DNA of 63,510 nucleotides, filler included, from Olpidium bornovanus S191 (GCA_017911155.1; 30 parts of 30 records of this genome joined end to end with filler, not necessarily neighbours in it); one strand, 5' to 3'; shown: positions 48,853 to 61,145, counted from the first letter of the whole stretch. Notes: a model not told the origin generated them from the sequence alone. Numbers and translations: made by a program.

Positions 48853-49528
48853 NNNNNNNNNNNNNNNNNNNNNNNNNNNNNNNNNNNNNNNNNNNNTTAA
48901 TTAATTAANNNNNNNNNNNNNNNNNNNNNNNNNNNNNNNNNNNNNNNNNNNNCATGGGCCAGAGGCCGCTCCGCCTCAAGTCACGCCAGGTTTCGGCCGC
49001 CGCGCTGCCGGTTCAACCTGCTCCGTTGCCTAACCGGTGATTGGGGCCGCCCTCTGTGGCAGATCAGCCAACTGCAACGGCATTTGTCCACCTCTCCTCG
49101 GCAACATCCATTCGGTCGTACCGCCACCAGAGGTGGTCACGTGTTTCGGCATAATGTCCAAGGATATGGCTGACGCCTCACGAATGGGGGGGGTCTCTGT
49201 GTGCACGTGATCGTCACAAGTCCGTGTTGCGTCCTGTGAGACCCTAACCCCAGCGACGGGTTCGGGAACCGTCACATCTTTTTCATAACAGTGTGGAGGG
49301 GGAAAAAAAAAAAAAAAAAAAACCAAAAAAAAAAAAAAAAAAAAAAAAAAACGAAAAAGGCCAACGAAAACGCGAGGCGCGAAAGACACGCAGCGGAAAA
49401 CGAAAGAGAACGGAAGGATCGAGAAAGGAGGGAAGAAAAAAAAAAAAAAAAAAAAAAAGGAGGAAAGAGAAAAGACCCGACGCGCGGACACGAGCGGTCA
49501 AAAGGCCGCCCGGTATTTATCTACAAAA

Positions 49529-50599
49529 ATGCCGACCGCGGTGGTGGCCGGAGGAGGGAGCCACATACCGCGCCGGCGCGGCGACCACGCCGACGCGGGC
49601 GGGACCGGGTACGGCCCAGCGGCGGAGGAGGACGCGCCGCCGCCGGAGGACCGTCCCGAGGGCGGCGCACCGCGGGCGAGTCCCGGCGACGAGTTCGGCT
49701 TCACGACGCTTCGGAACCCCACTGCCGCCATAAAGGGTACGGCCGTAGGCGGTGCCCAGCAACAGGCGCAACGGCTTTCCAAAACCGCCCCCCTGATCAA
49801 GGACCACCACGTTGCGAGCTCCGCTTACGCGCCAACCGCCAACAGCGTCGCCGTGAAGCGCCCAGGGGCGAGCTCGGGCGCCAGGCACTCGTCTTCGAAG
49901 CACCGCAGCGCGCACCGCGCGACGTCCTCTTTCGAAGACGACGAAAGGTACATTACAGTCACTCCTTCAGTCTCCTGGAAGCACTTTTTCCTTGCGGTCT
50001 CCGCTGTCGCGTTTTCCGCGTCCGCCCACTACGTGATCAGCAACTGGGATAACCTGGCGAACACGAGGCAGTAAGTTCTCCTCCTTCCATTTTTGTTCGG
50101 ACAATTGCTTATTTCTCACAAGCGCGGTCGCCACTGCACCTGTTTCGTTTGGAATTCACGCGTTTCCCTTTCTTTTCATTTTGTTAAAGAATTTATTATG
50201 AGAGCTACTTGGGTGGGCGCAACGCGCATGCCGATTTCAGTCAATTTGATATGCTGCGGAAAGCCGGAGTGGCACCGCGGTACACTCTACTTGAAAAAAT
50301 CAACGACAAGCGGGGATGGGTTCTGCAAATGGACGTCCCGGGTTTTGCAAAAGACGAGATCGATTTGCATAGTTCCGGCCCTTTCATGTCCGTCCGTGGG
50401 ACTCACTCGTGCCTCACGGCCCGGAACGGCCACGAAGGGAAGCCGTTACGTCCGTTCAATTTTCTTTTGAACGATCTAAGGAGGTCTTCTTTGGCGCGCT
50501 GACGTCATCTGCATTCACATTCCTAAACTCCCATTAGACCCAACTTGTGTGGAGAGGCACGTCTCCGATGAGATCCGCTTCCCTGACGAGGCCGACATG
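49529..50599 (+). CDS. Small heat-shock (alpha-crystallin) domain protein with an N-terminal disordered region and hydrophobic segment, 3' end missing
   Basis: Exon 1 ends WKHFFLAVSAVAFSASAHYVISNWDNLANTRQ. GT-AG intron 50071-50189 keeps the frame into ...GWVLQMDVPGFAKDEIDLHSSGPFMSVRGTH. The last exon PTCVERHVSDEIRFPDEADM resembles ACD beta7-8. Confidence 0.7.
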
Positions 50600-50699
50600 N
50601 NNNNNNNNNNNNNNNNNNNNNNNNNNNNNNNNNNNNNNNNNNNTTAATTAATTAANNNNNNNNNNNNNNNNNNNNNNNNNNNNNNNNNNNNNNNNNNNN

Positions 50700-51693
50700 C
50701 ATGACGATCTCTGCGGGGTCCGCGGCGTTGATGAACTTCGCGGCCGCCTCTACGCCAGCTTGGACGCGCTTTGAGGCCTCCTTGCTGACCGAGTAAGACG
50801 CGCCCTAGCGCGACGGAGAAGATAACGCCGTGCCGCCGAAATTAATGCCGTCAGACCAGCAAGTTCGAGCGCTTTGGAAATCCCGAGGTCTCCCGGAAAC
50901 AAAGGCACGGAACGTACGAGCTGCACATTAGTCCACAGAAGATAGTCGCTTATGGCATCTACGACGTTCTTGGGAACCTGGACGTGCTCGACAGTAACCG
51001 GACGTTGTCCGGCAACACGCTCGATAAGGGGAGGGTGCGTGACGGACCGCTTTGACAAAAAAAAAAATCTCGCGCAATTTTCACAAATACGGCTAGTACA
51101 AACCTGAGAGCCGGCGGCGTTGTCCTAAAGATATCATGACGATAACCAGGTGAGGGCTTCAGTTCACATCGCTGCATCCTCGCGGAGAGCCGCAGGATAC
51201 CGAGAGAGAGGGGTATGGGAGTGGGCGGACACAAACGACAACAACAACAACAAAACAAAAACAAAAGAAAATACAAAAAAAAAAAAATAATCGTAAACGG
51301 GCATCCGACGCGGTACTGGCACGCACCGCGAACACGAAGCCCGAAGCAAGACTCGGAAACTGCGCGCGCGCACGCTCGACGTCCAGCGCGGCCCGACGGC
51401 CATCGCAGGGAGCAGCTGAAGGCGAGCGCACGCCTCCGGGGCTTCGCGCGCCGCGTTCACCGCCGGGCGAGCCGACTTTGCAGGGCGCGGAGGCTTTTGT
51501 GGCGTTTTTTTTTTTTTTTTTTTTTCCCCGAACCGGAAAGGCTCGGGTCTTACGGAATTTTTGGCCGAAGAATCGCCGCGGAAAAACGTAGCCGAGACGC
51601 ACCGGGGCAGATTATTTTTTTTTTTTTTTCAGACTTACCGGCTCTCGGAGACGCGCTGCGTCCGTCGGCTGCCGGATTTTCTGAACTGATCAT
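50700..51693 (-). CDS. PLP-dependent class V aminotransferase / cysteine desulfurase-like protein (DNAxGSQ, VC1184-like subfamily), N-terminal part
   Basis: Spliced: LDVERARAQFPSLASGFVFA|DNAAGSQ|VPKNVVDAISDYLLWTNVQL|GASYSVSKEASKRVQAGVEAAAKFINAADPAEIVM. The start at 51693 is tentative. Confidence 0.85.
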
Positions 51694-51826
51694 GGTCTGA
51701 GCATCAGCCCGTCCGGTGAAACGCGGAGGCGGGGGTGGTAAGCGAAGGAGACGCGGCCTGCAGTTGTTGTGGAGGGTTCGTGGGTTCGGCCGGCTGTCCA
51801 GGGCGAGAGCGCACGGAGCAGCAGCT

Positions 51827-51880
<54 letters not shown>

Positions 51881-51882
51881 AA

Positions 51883-51914
<32 letters not shown>

Positions 51915-52282
51915 GNNNNNNNNNNNNNNNNNNNNNNNNNNNNNNNNNNNNNNNNNNNNTTAATTAATTAANNNNNNNNNNNNNNNNNNNNNNNNNNNNN
52001 NNNNNNNNNNNNNNNAAGGAGCATTTGGAGGCGAGTTCAGGTGCAGAGCCGATGCAACACACCCCGTCCTTTTCCGCACTGTCCGTCGCACGTCGATGCA
52101 ACGTCTTCGCGCGGTTTTAACCCCGATTGCCCCATGCGTTGCCGCCGTCAGGCTCGCACGTGACTGGGGCCCCTCAAACGGAAGCACCTAGTGGTTAGCA
52201 TCGATTGCCGACAGTCAAACCAGGCAAGTGGCTCGCCAGCGTCCTCCTTGCTACCGTGCGTCTGGCTAATCTCAATCACCTA

Positions 52283-53963
52283 TTTCGTGCTTTCGTCCGT
52301 GTCCTCGATTGCGTCCATCTTAAAAAAACGTCAGCATTAAAATTAGTATGATTATAATTATTGCTAGATAGTACATTAATATCCAGAACATTTATTAGTC
52401 TTTGGCCCACCCGCAACTTGCTCCTCCATTTGCGTCAAAGAAAGCGTGATCCTCGCTTTACACCTGAGCGTCTCCAAGAACGAGCTTTCCCCGTCGACTT
52501 GTGGAAGGTCGCCAAATACAGGGTTCGTGTCGGAGCGTGACCGGGCACTGTCGGCAGGCCATCAAACCAAACATTTGTCACGGCAGAGAAACATAACAGG
52601 CGGGTTTTCGAATAGCTGTGGAAAGGATTATTCCGTTGACGCTATAACAGTCAAAAATTTATTTATGAGAGGGCGCCGTGAAACGAGAGAGTTGACTGGT
52701 TCTAACCGCTTCATTCGCTTGTGCTTAGGTCGGGTTTGAGAGAAAGGATTTTCGGAGGTCCGCCCGTTTTGTTGTGGAAGCCCGCTGGGGGTGGCGGAGC
52801 ATCCCAGGGTCCCTCTCGCTTAAATAGTCAAACGATATATATCGGCTACACGTCAAGAACAAACAGTTGTCGCACGCGGCAGCCCGAAGGCTGCGTCGAA
52901 CGAACAACGAGGCGTACGTCGTGGTTCTGAATTGGGTTTGCAAAATAAGGAGGGGGACACAAGAAAGGACGGACTCGCGAACAGGCGCCGCAAAAAAACG
53001 GGGGGGGGGGAAGGGGGGGGCTTCGGCGGGTTTTGCTACGCCCGCCGTTCGTCCTCTGCGACCGGGGCCCCGTCAGCGCCTGAAGCGCGTCTGGCCGGCA
53101 AAGCAGGGGGCGGAGCGGCTTTCGCGCCAACTTTCCGGCCACCGGTGCCGCCGCTGCGCACGCCGGCCGCTTTGGCGGGTTTCTTCCCCTTTGAGCGCGA
53201 CAAGGCCTTCGGCCCCTTGGGCAAAACGTGGGCCGGCCCGTTCTTTTTCGCCTTGGAGGCGGCGGATATCGGCCCGCTCGTCCGCGTGGCAGAGGGCGGA
53301 CGGTTGTCGATCTCCGACGATACGTCCGCCAAAACTGCCCGAGCGACCGCAGCCGTCCTGGAGTCCGAGAACTCGACTGCCCAACGGCCCAGTCCCGGGA
53401 TTGGCCGGCGGTTCGACAGCGAGCGGACCAAGCTGCGGACCCGCCGAGCATCGTTCCTCAGCCTCTCGCCTTCACGGTAGGACGCCTCGCAGTCGGCGCG
53501 AAGCTTTGGGATCTTCAAGCGCTGCAGCTTCGCCGCCTCGGCGCAACTGGCCGCCTCGCCCGCCGACAGTTTGAGGATCTCCTGGTACATGCGGTGGAGT
53601 GCGTCCTCCTCGCAAACTCGCGCGTTCAAAAACGCCTCCCGCAGGAGCGCGGCCGTGTCCGGCATGAGCTCCGCCCCTGGCATGTCAGTTGTTCCGGCCG
53701 GGACGAGCGCCGCCCGCGCCCGCCAAGGCCCGTTTCCCGACAGCCAGGTGTCACGGCGGCGAACCCACTTCTCCCACTCGTTCAGCTGCGCCTCGCCGTC
53801 GCGCGTGGCATGCTCGAAGCAGTAACGGAACAGCGGGTTGCACATGTTCGGGTCTTCTTCCGTCTCTAACAGGCCGAACTTCTGCGCGCACGTGACGTGC
53901 ATCGCCCGCTTGCACCGGTAGGCGTCGCACTCGAGGCACACGCCGGACGCCGCTGCCTCGGGG
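52283..53963 (-). CDS. Extended-PHD-finger chromatin protein, PHF14-like, fragment
   Basis: SGVCLECDAYRCKRAMHVTCAQKFGLL...NPLFRYCFEHA closely resembles recalled PHF14 GVCISCDAGMCRAYFHVTCAQKEGLL...DPFFAYCKQHA. A coiled-coil-like stretch follows. Possible later PHD pieces are ACDNC (about 52860) and CRQCPVTLRHEPC (about 52530). The 3' boundary is tentative. Confidence 0.72.
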
Positions 53964-54063
53964 NNNNNNNNNNNNNNNNNNNNNNNNNNNNNNNNNNNNN
54001 NNNNNNNTTAATTAATTAANNNNNNNNNNNNNNNNNNNNNNNNNNNNNNNNNNNNNNNNNNNN

Positions 54064-55427
54064 CATGAAAATGGGAATGCGTTTGTTCGCGTCGGATACC
54101 ATCTGTGGTTTTCGAGACGACCTGCGTGAGCTTTGCCGCCGAACGGGGTCCGCCACCTGGGAGTCAGCCCTCCAGAAAACTGCTCACAAAAGGCCTTACA
54201 GAAAAAATCTTCTTGCCCATCGGCAGATATGTGCTGAGGCCAATAATTCCGGCGAGCTTGTACTGAAACGGGGAATACAATTAAAAAAAGAAGCAGGAAG
54301 CAGGATCCAATTAAAAAAACGCAAAAAGCAGGAACACCCCTCCAAACAAGTGAACGCGAGGGGCTTACTTCGGTCAGTAGGCCGGTCAACAGGCTGATCG
54401 CGCCACCTGCACACACCTCGAACGATAAGCGCTCCCAGATCGCGAAACAAAGCGGTTCAGACCGGCAGCGGCCACGTGCCTTGCGAAAACCCGCCGACCA
54501 CGATCCTGCCGGCAGGTATTCCGGCGTCGACCTCCTTTCGGATAAACTCAGTGACTGTTTTTAAACCGCAGGGGTGTTTCGTGCGGGTCAGCAGCCGGCA
54601 AGCTCGAGGCAGGCAAAAAAAAAAAAAAAACGAGCAGCGCCCCCCGGGTGCCCAGACAAAGCGCCCCCCTCACCGTCCGCTACGGACTGTTTCAGGCCTT
54701 TCTCGTCGTCCTTGGCGTCGATATGCGACAGCGAGAAGATATCATACCTGCCGCCCCGGCGCGCAAACGTTTAAACCAGGGAACCCCGAGCGAGGAGCGC
54801 GTCGGCGCGCGAAAACGCCGGCGGCAGGCGCGGCGGCGGTGCTTACCACGACGGCATCATGGCCCCTCTGTTTATCGAGACCGGTTGGTCCGGGCTGAGC
54901 AAAAACACAAGCGTTCGGGTGGCGTGGATCGCGACAGGAAAGCGTCGGCGGCGAGAACAAAAAAGCAGGGCGGGGGGCGAGGGAGGGTCCTGAAAAAAAA
55001 AAACCCCCCCGAAAAAACGTACGCGGACGGGAACACGAACTTGACGTGCTGCAGCAGCGGCGACAGTTGAAGCCCTAGGCTTTTCCTGAGAAAAGTCGGT
55101 TTCGGGAGAGAGGCAGGGGGGGGGCATTTACGGACGTCAGCCCGCTACAGTTCCGGCCCGGTCCACCGCCGGTTTTCGTAAAAGCGGGGGAAAAAAAAAC
55201 CGGGCCAAGCGGACTGCGGGGTGGGGGGTTGGGGAGGGGGGGGGGGAACCCGCGTTTTTCGCGAAAAGCGGCGCGAGCTCGCGGGTTGAATGATTTTTTT
55301 ATTTTATTTTTTTTGGGTCCTCGCACCATCCCTGGCCGCTGTCGCCGAGGCCGTGCAGGAAGATGACCGTGGCGGTGTGCGTGCTCTTCGCCGGCACGAG
55401 GCAAGATTCCAGCACGCGTGCGGCCAT
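54064..55427 (-). CDS. Acyl-protein thioesterase 1 / lysophospholipase (LYPLA family), 3' end missing
   Basis: HTATVIFLHGLGDSGQGW; HVKFVFPSA; GAMMPSW|YDIFSL...DDEKGL; IPAGRIVVGGFSQ|GGAISL; LAGIIGLSTYLP; IPIFM. Confidence 0.95.
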
Positions 55428-55904
55428 GGCGTGGGGGTGGGTTGTGCGGGTAGGTTTGGGTGGTCCGGGCGGGGGGGGGCCGGCGGGCGGCCTGGCTGTT
55501 GGAGGGAGCGGGGGGAGGGGGAAGGAGCGTTTAGGTGCCGCGCGCCCCGGAAATTGCCGGCAGCAGCAGCGGCGCGAGGGTGGCGTCGTCGCGCGCCCGC
55601 CGCCCCCCCTCTGAGAGACTCTTCCCCCTTCCTGTTGGAAAAAAAAGGGGAAAGGGGGTCGGACGTAGCCGGTAGCGCAGACTCCTGCGGGAATCATCCC
55701 TCCTTTCTTCCCCCTGTAAATCCCGCACGCCGACGCCATACAAAAAACAAACGGAAAGTTTGTAGAAACTCTACGGTGTTCCGAACTGCGCAGTGCAGTC
55801 TCCGGCGTCCCCGCCGTTCACCGTCTCCGCCCTCCATCCTTGGTCCCTCCATTGTGCCCTCGTCTTCCTTTGTCTCCTCTGGTTCCACGCCCGTCGTTCA
55901 GGTT

Positions 55905-56153
55905 ATGAGCCCAACCCGCGACTCCGAAGAAGAGAACTACCGCCTCCTCTCCGTCCGCAGCAGAACCATGGAAAGAAGAGAACTCGCGGGCGAAAGCACG
56001 ACGCCACCGTACACCCCTCCAGGCGTACGACGCATGCGGAGCACGACTGCGTCCACGACCTCAAGGCGGTCAAGGACAGTCAAGGACTCCGTGAAGGCGC
56101 TCAGGGAACGCCACAGGAGAGAGGAAACGGAGCAGCGTCACCAGGAGGAGCTC
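55905..56153 (+). CDS. Possible N-terminus of an unknown Ser/Thr/Arg-rich protein, divergent from the thioesterase
   Basis: Open frame MSPTRDSEEENYRLLSVRSRT...KDSVKALRERHRREETEQRHQEEL runs to the contig end. No recognisable motif. Confidence 0.3.
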
Positions 56154-56253
56154 NNNNNNNNNNNNNNNNNNNNNNNNNNNNNNNNNNNNNNNNNNNNTTA
56201 ATTAATTAANNNNNNNNNNNNNNNNNNNNNNNNNNNNNNNNNNNNNNNNNNNN

Positions 56254-57465
56254 ATGCCGGTCTTTGGTTCTGGTCAGGCTGCCCCTCCGCTGGCCGGACG
56301 CGAGGTCGATGTACGTATTTCGCGTTTCCTTCCTCGACGAGCTCAGGAAGTCACCGCTCCCGCCAAATTCCATGGCCTCGGACAATTCTGCCGGCGCAAA
56401 CCCGCCGGCGCCCTGGAGCGTCAGGCTGCTGGCCGACAGCCTGTCTTCGTCCACGAACTTTTCGTCAAACATTTTCCGGTCTTCCGAACACCGCAGAATC
56501 CGCCTCTCGAACTGCGAAAGTACCGGCATGTGCGTGAGGTCTAGGGTGTTGACGGCCTCGTACAAACTGGCAAGCACGTCGATGCTGTTCCGCTGGAAAT
56601 ACTTCTCGATCGCAAATAGCAAAACTGGCTATGTTTTCCAAACAAGGTGAGAAAATTAGCTTCGATGCGCGTTGACTCCAACGTCTTCGGGCCCGCGAAG
56701 CGGCTCGTAACCTTGTACACGTGAACAAACTGATGGACAGACGCAATGGCGATGGCTTTGACAATTGCTCCTCTGGCCATAACGACGAAAGGTTCGAGCG
56801 TCGTGTCAGGATCCCTTTCCAATCGGTACTGAACTCGAAATCACCAAAAATTCCATCAGATAAGGTTTTCTCCGATCACCTTCTTGCCTCCTTGTATGCT
56901 TTATTGCAAACCAAGTTGATGACATAAAGCGGGGGGCCCTCAACAGGGTCTCTTGGCTCCTCCCCAGCCGGAAGAACGGTTTCGGGGACTTTTCGGTTAA
57001 GAAAGAAAAACGTCCAATCCTGTTCTGTCCGGTGCGCACCGTCAGGCAACATCAGTTCCGCCAGGATGCTATCAGGTGCAGCAAACCGCAAAGTTAAGAA
57101 TGCTATTGCTTGGCGCCTGCCGTGAGGACCCGCAGACCGAAGCGATAACAACAACTGACAAACTTCGTCACTGCCAAGTTACCGCTCGCCGACGGCATTG
57201 GACTCACTGCTCGCTAGTTCCCGTCGGTTCAGGATACTGGTGGGAGAGAACAGAGCCCCTGTCGATGTCGAACTCTTTTGCGGAAAAACGGAAATACCAG
57301 GGTCAGCTCTGTCTCGATGCCAGAAAAAGGCCTGAACACATATTCAAGTCTTCTGCATTCAAAGTCGCCCGTCGTACCCGCTAGGAGCACGTAGTGCACG
57401 TGTCGTCCTCTTTCTGGGCCTGGCGCCGTGGCCGGGGCAGCACCAACGGCGGCGGCTGCATCCAT
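56254..57465 (-). CDS. mesA: Afi1/MesA-family polarity protein (Afi1 + SPA domains), N-terminal part
   Basis: HVHYVLLA|EFDIDRGSVLSHQYP...|ILAELMLPDGAHRTEQDWTFFFLNR...PLYVINLV...R|GAIVKAIAIASVHQFVHVYK|...AIEKYF...LASLYEAVNTLDLTHMPVLSQFERRILRCSEDRKMFDEKF. Confidence 0.9.
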
Positions 57466-58782
57466 GGCTGCTCTCGCGGGGCGGCGCTTGAGCGCCTGCG
57501 AACAAGGCGGAGAACGAAATTATTCATATAGGTGTCACAAAGCAGAAACTGCTCGCTTACGTGAAGCGAAGCGAGGAAAGAAACATCCGAGCCCCTCCCC
57601 ACCACCCCCACCCCCAAAACGCCGGGATCTTTAGAGGGCAAAGGGCCCAAACAAATTCCGCAGGAGGAAGGTGATTCGGGGGGGTGGGGGGTGGGGACCG
57701 ACGATGACCAAGCCCCGACCTCCTCGCCTACGGCAGGGCGAAGTTAAAAAAGAATTGTGCGCGGCGGAAAACTCTCGTCCGCACGCCGGCGGCGTTTCGG
57801 CCGCGGAGGGACGGCGTTCGCACCTGGGGGACTCCTCCCCCGGGGCGGCCGCAGCGTCGCGCGCCGGACAAAATACGGTTGGTGGCGGTGCGGCGTGCGC
57901 GCGGGCTGCCGGGCCGCTTTTTGCGGCAAAAAGCTCGACAGCGGCCGGAATCGTTCGACGTCTAGGGAGAGGTGCCGGAGTGGCGAAGAGGAGAAGATGC
58001 GCGGGGGTGGCGCCGACCTACCCCTGGTCTCCCCACGTCTTCCCCCCCGCCACCCTTCCTCTCCCGCGCGGGCAAATTTTGGACACGATGTGTTGCATTT
58101 TTGGTGAGAATTCGGAGGCCAGCCCGCCGGACTCATTGCGTCGGTCGCGGTCGCACGGCCGTGCGCGTGTGTCCCCCATCATCATCATCGGAAACGCACG
58201 CCACGCAGTTGGTGTGCGTGCTTCCCGCCACCTCCTCCTCCTCATCCTCCTCTTCTTCCGCTTCCCGCAGCGCAGACAACGGAAGTGCACATACTCAAAG
58301 AATAAATGCCGCCTTGCCCCCACTCCTGCACGAAAAAACTTTTTCTTTGTTCACACGGTGCGTTTTCTTTATTTTCGGCCGGGAAAAAAAAACAACCCCT
58401 GGTCCCCGCCTTGCCCCATAAATAAATGAAGGAGTAAGCCGACTTCGCGGCGGACCCGAACTGCTGCAACGGAGAATGAAAAGAGCAAGGTTTAGCAAAA
58501 GAGGTGCATTTAGCAGAGCGGGGTTTCCTCAATGGTACGGGGCTTAAGACAATGATTAGCGTTGGTGTCAGGAACACTTAGTCTGTAGCGGTGAACGGAG
58601 ACAGAGGATGGCAGAAGGATAATGGCGTTTGGTTCCCTTCGCGTTTTGCAGAGTCACGGAATAGCGCTTTCAGCCGTCCGCTTTCCCCGCGCGTTCTCCG
58701 CCGTCCACAGATGCTGCGACCAGGCGGTGCTCAACTTTTTTTTTCTCCCACTGCAAAAAAAAAGAAAAAACACGCGCGCACC

Positions 58783-58820
<38 letters not shown>

Positions 58821-58847
58821 AAAAAAAAAAAAAAAAAAAAAGGGACC

Positions 58848-58887
<40 letters not shown>

Positions 58888-58890
<3 letters not shown>

Positions 58891-58978
58891 TCCGCACCGT
58901 CGTCGGCAGCGACCGGCGCTGTCCTGGTCGTGGATTTCGGGGCGCAGTACGCTCAGCTCATCGCCCGCCGCGTCCGCG
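58888..58978 (+). CDS. GUA1: GMP synthase (glutamine-hydrolysing), first 30 codons
   Basis: MSAPSSAATGAVLVVDFGAQYAQLIARRVR is the GuaA N-terminal signature DFGxQY..LI.RR.R. Confidence 0.85.
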
Positions 58979-59231
58979 NNNNNNNNNNNNNNNNNNNNNN
59001 NNNNNNNNNNNNNNNNNNNNNNTTAATTAATTAANNNNNNNNNNNNNNNNNNNNNNNNNNNNNNNNNNNNNNNNNNNNGTTGAGTTAAGCTTGCAAGCTA
59101 TATTATTAACCAGTATTAAGAAAACATGAACAAATAATCGTTTTTGCTGTTATGAAATCATTAAATAAAACTACCGAAGTAAAAATTGAGTTATAAAAAG
59201 ATAAAATCCTAAAAAACAGCCCCCCGGGGCC

Positions 59232-59269
<38 letters not shown>

Positions 59270-59649
59270 TCGCGCAACATCTGTGAAAAGAGGCATACAA
59301 AACGAGGCCGGTCGGCGCAAGGGCCGAAGCCACAGACGCCGTGTGCCGAGCCGGGTGTGGCGTTAGCAGTCGGCTTTGCGAACGCAGCCCAGCCCCGCCG
59401 GCCTCGTTCGTGGTCGGTCGAGGCAGGGCGCCCGCAAAACCGCCGAGCCACCGCCCTTCCACCGTTGTGGGCGCGGGCCAGCGGGTGGGGCCCGGTTGAG
59501 TGGGCGCGCAGGGGAACCGCGCGCAACAAACGGCGATTAGGCTCGTGGGACAGACAGGAGGGAAAGGAATTGGTGTGTGTGTGTGGGGGGGGGGGGGGGG
59601 GGAAACGAACCGGAGCGGAGAAGCCAAGCGGAGAAAGGGGTTCTCGCCG

Positions 59650-59682
<33 letters not shown>

Positions 59683-59784
59683 GTTTAATCTCTTTTCCCC
59701 GTTCTTCTTCTTTCTCCCTTCTTTCCCTTCCTGTTTTCCCCTTGCCCCCTCCGGACGGGGGCGGGGGCGGGGGCGGGAAGGGGG

Positions 59785-59937
59785 GAAGAGAGAGAGGGAG
59801 AGAGGGGGGGGGAGAGAGAGAGAGAGAAAGAGAAAGAGAGAGAGAGCACAGAGAAGAGAGAGAGAGAGACGGAGAGAAAGAAGTCTGTGATTGAGACCGA
59901 GACTGAGACTGGGGACTGGGAGTTGTTATAACAGACG

Positions 59938-60000
<63 letters not shown>

Positions 60001-60040
60001 GAGAGAGAGAAAAGAGAGAGAGAGAGAGAGAGAGAGCGCA
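59785..60040. repeat. (AG)n microsatellite-rich region upstream of the Rab5 gene
   Basis: Long gagagaga tracts. Similar CT/AG tracts occur at about 25410-25435, 34060-34085, 42350-42485 and 63225-63260. Confidence 0.85.
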
Positions 60041-60124
60041 GTGAGCCAAAAGCGGCTGGGAGGAAAAAGCCCCAGAAAAGGGCAGAGAGGCAAAGGGTCG
60101 TAACCGTCCTCCCTCACAAAAAGC

Positions 60125-60155
<31 letters not shown>

Positions 60156-60195
60156 AGAGATTGAGAACAGAGACGGAGAGCGAACGCAGACCCAC

Positions 60196-61093
60196 ATGTC
60201 CTCCAGAACCACGGACCCCGGCGCAGCGCCATCTGACGCGACGCAGGCGCCAGGCGGAAGCGGCCCCGCGCCTGCCGCGGGAGGCCCACCGCCGTCCGCC
60301 CCCCCCGCGTCCGCGGCGGCGTCCGCGACCGCCAGCACGAAGCCTCTCCAGGTCAAGGTAACAAAGAAATGCTGCGTGCTCGCCCTTAGGCCGGCGGGGA
60401 GCGAGGAAACGCCGCCCTTCCCACATCCCCTTGCACACCCCCCCCCTCCCTCACACCCTGTCGTGCGTCCCGGTTTGCTCAGCCCCTTCTCGGCGCGGCG
60501 GCCCCGTTTCCCGTGCCACCGGAGCCTCGCACCTCATCTGCTTCGACTGCGGCTTGTTTGTTAAGGCCGCCTTTTTTTTATTTTTATTGCTCCGCGGACA
60601 CCGGCATGTACGCAGCTTGTCCTGCTGGGTGAGTCCGAGCCCTCGGGAGAGGCACCCTGCGGCGACTGCCCCGCGAAAAAAACACCTCACGGCCGCTCGT
60701 GCGCAGCAGGGCTGACTTTGCGTTTGGTCGTCCGCGCGCGCGGTGTTCAGGGGAAGCGGCTGTGGGCAAGTCTAGCCTGGTGCTGCGATTCGTGAACGAC
60801 GAGTTTCAGGAAAATAAGGAGCCGACGATCGGAGGTGCGCGCCGCTTTCGGGAACTGGCAAGGCCGCCGGCGCGGACCTCGTGTGCCTGGGTGTCTTGCC
60901 TGCGAACGCTTAACGCCGCCGCTTTCGTCAAACCATTCCAGCCGCCTTCCTGGCGCAAAAGTGCCGGCTGGTCGACAAGGTTATCAAATTTGAGATATGG
61001 GACACGGCCGGCCAGGAGCGCTTCCACTCGCTAGCCCCCATGTACTACCGGAACGCGCAAGCTGCGGTCGTGGTGTACGACGTCACCAAGGCG
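60196..61093 (+). CDS. VPS21: Rab5-family GTPase (Vps21/Ypt51-like), N-terminal part
   Basis: Exons 60196-60357 (..KPLQVK), 60616-60628 (LVLL), 60751-60834 ([28 protein letters not shown]) and 60942-61093 (AAFL...[35 protein letters not shown]). Confidence 0.96.
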
Positions 61094-61108
61094 GTGGGTA
61101 AAGAAAGG

Positions 61109-61145
<37 letters not shown>

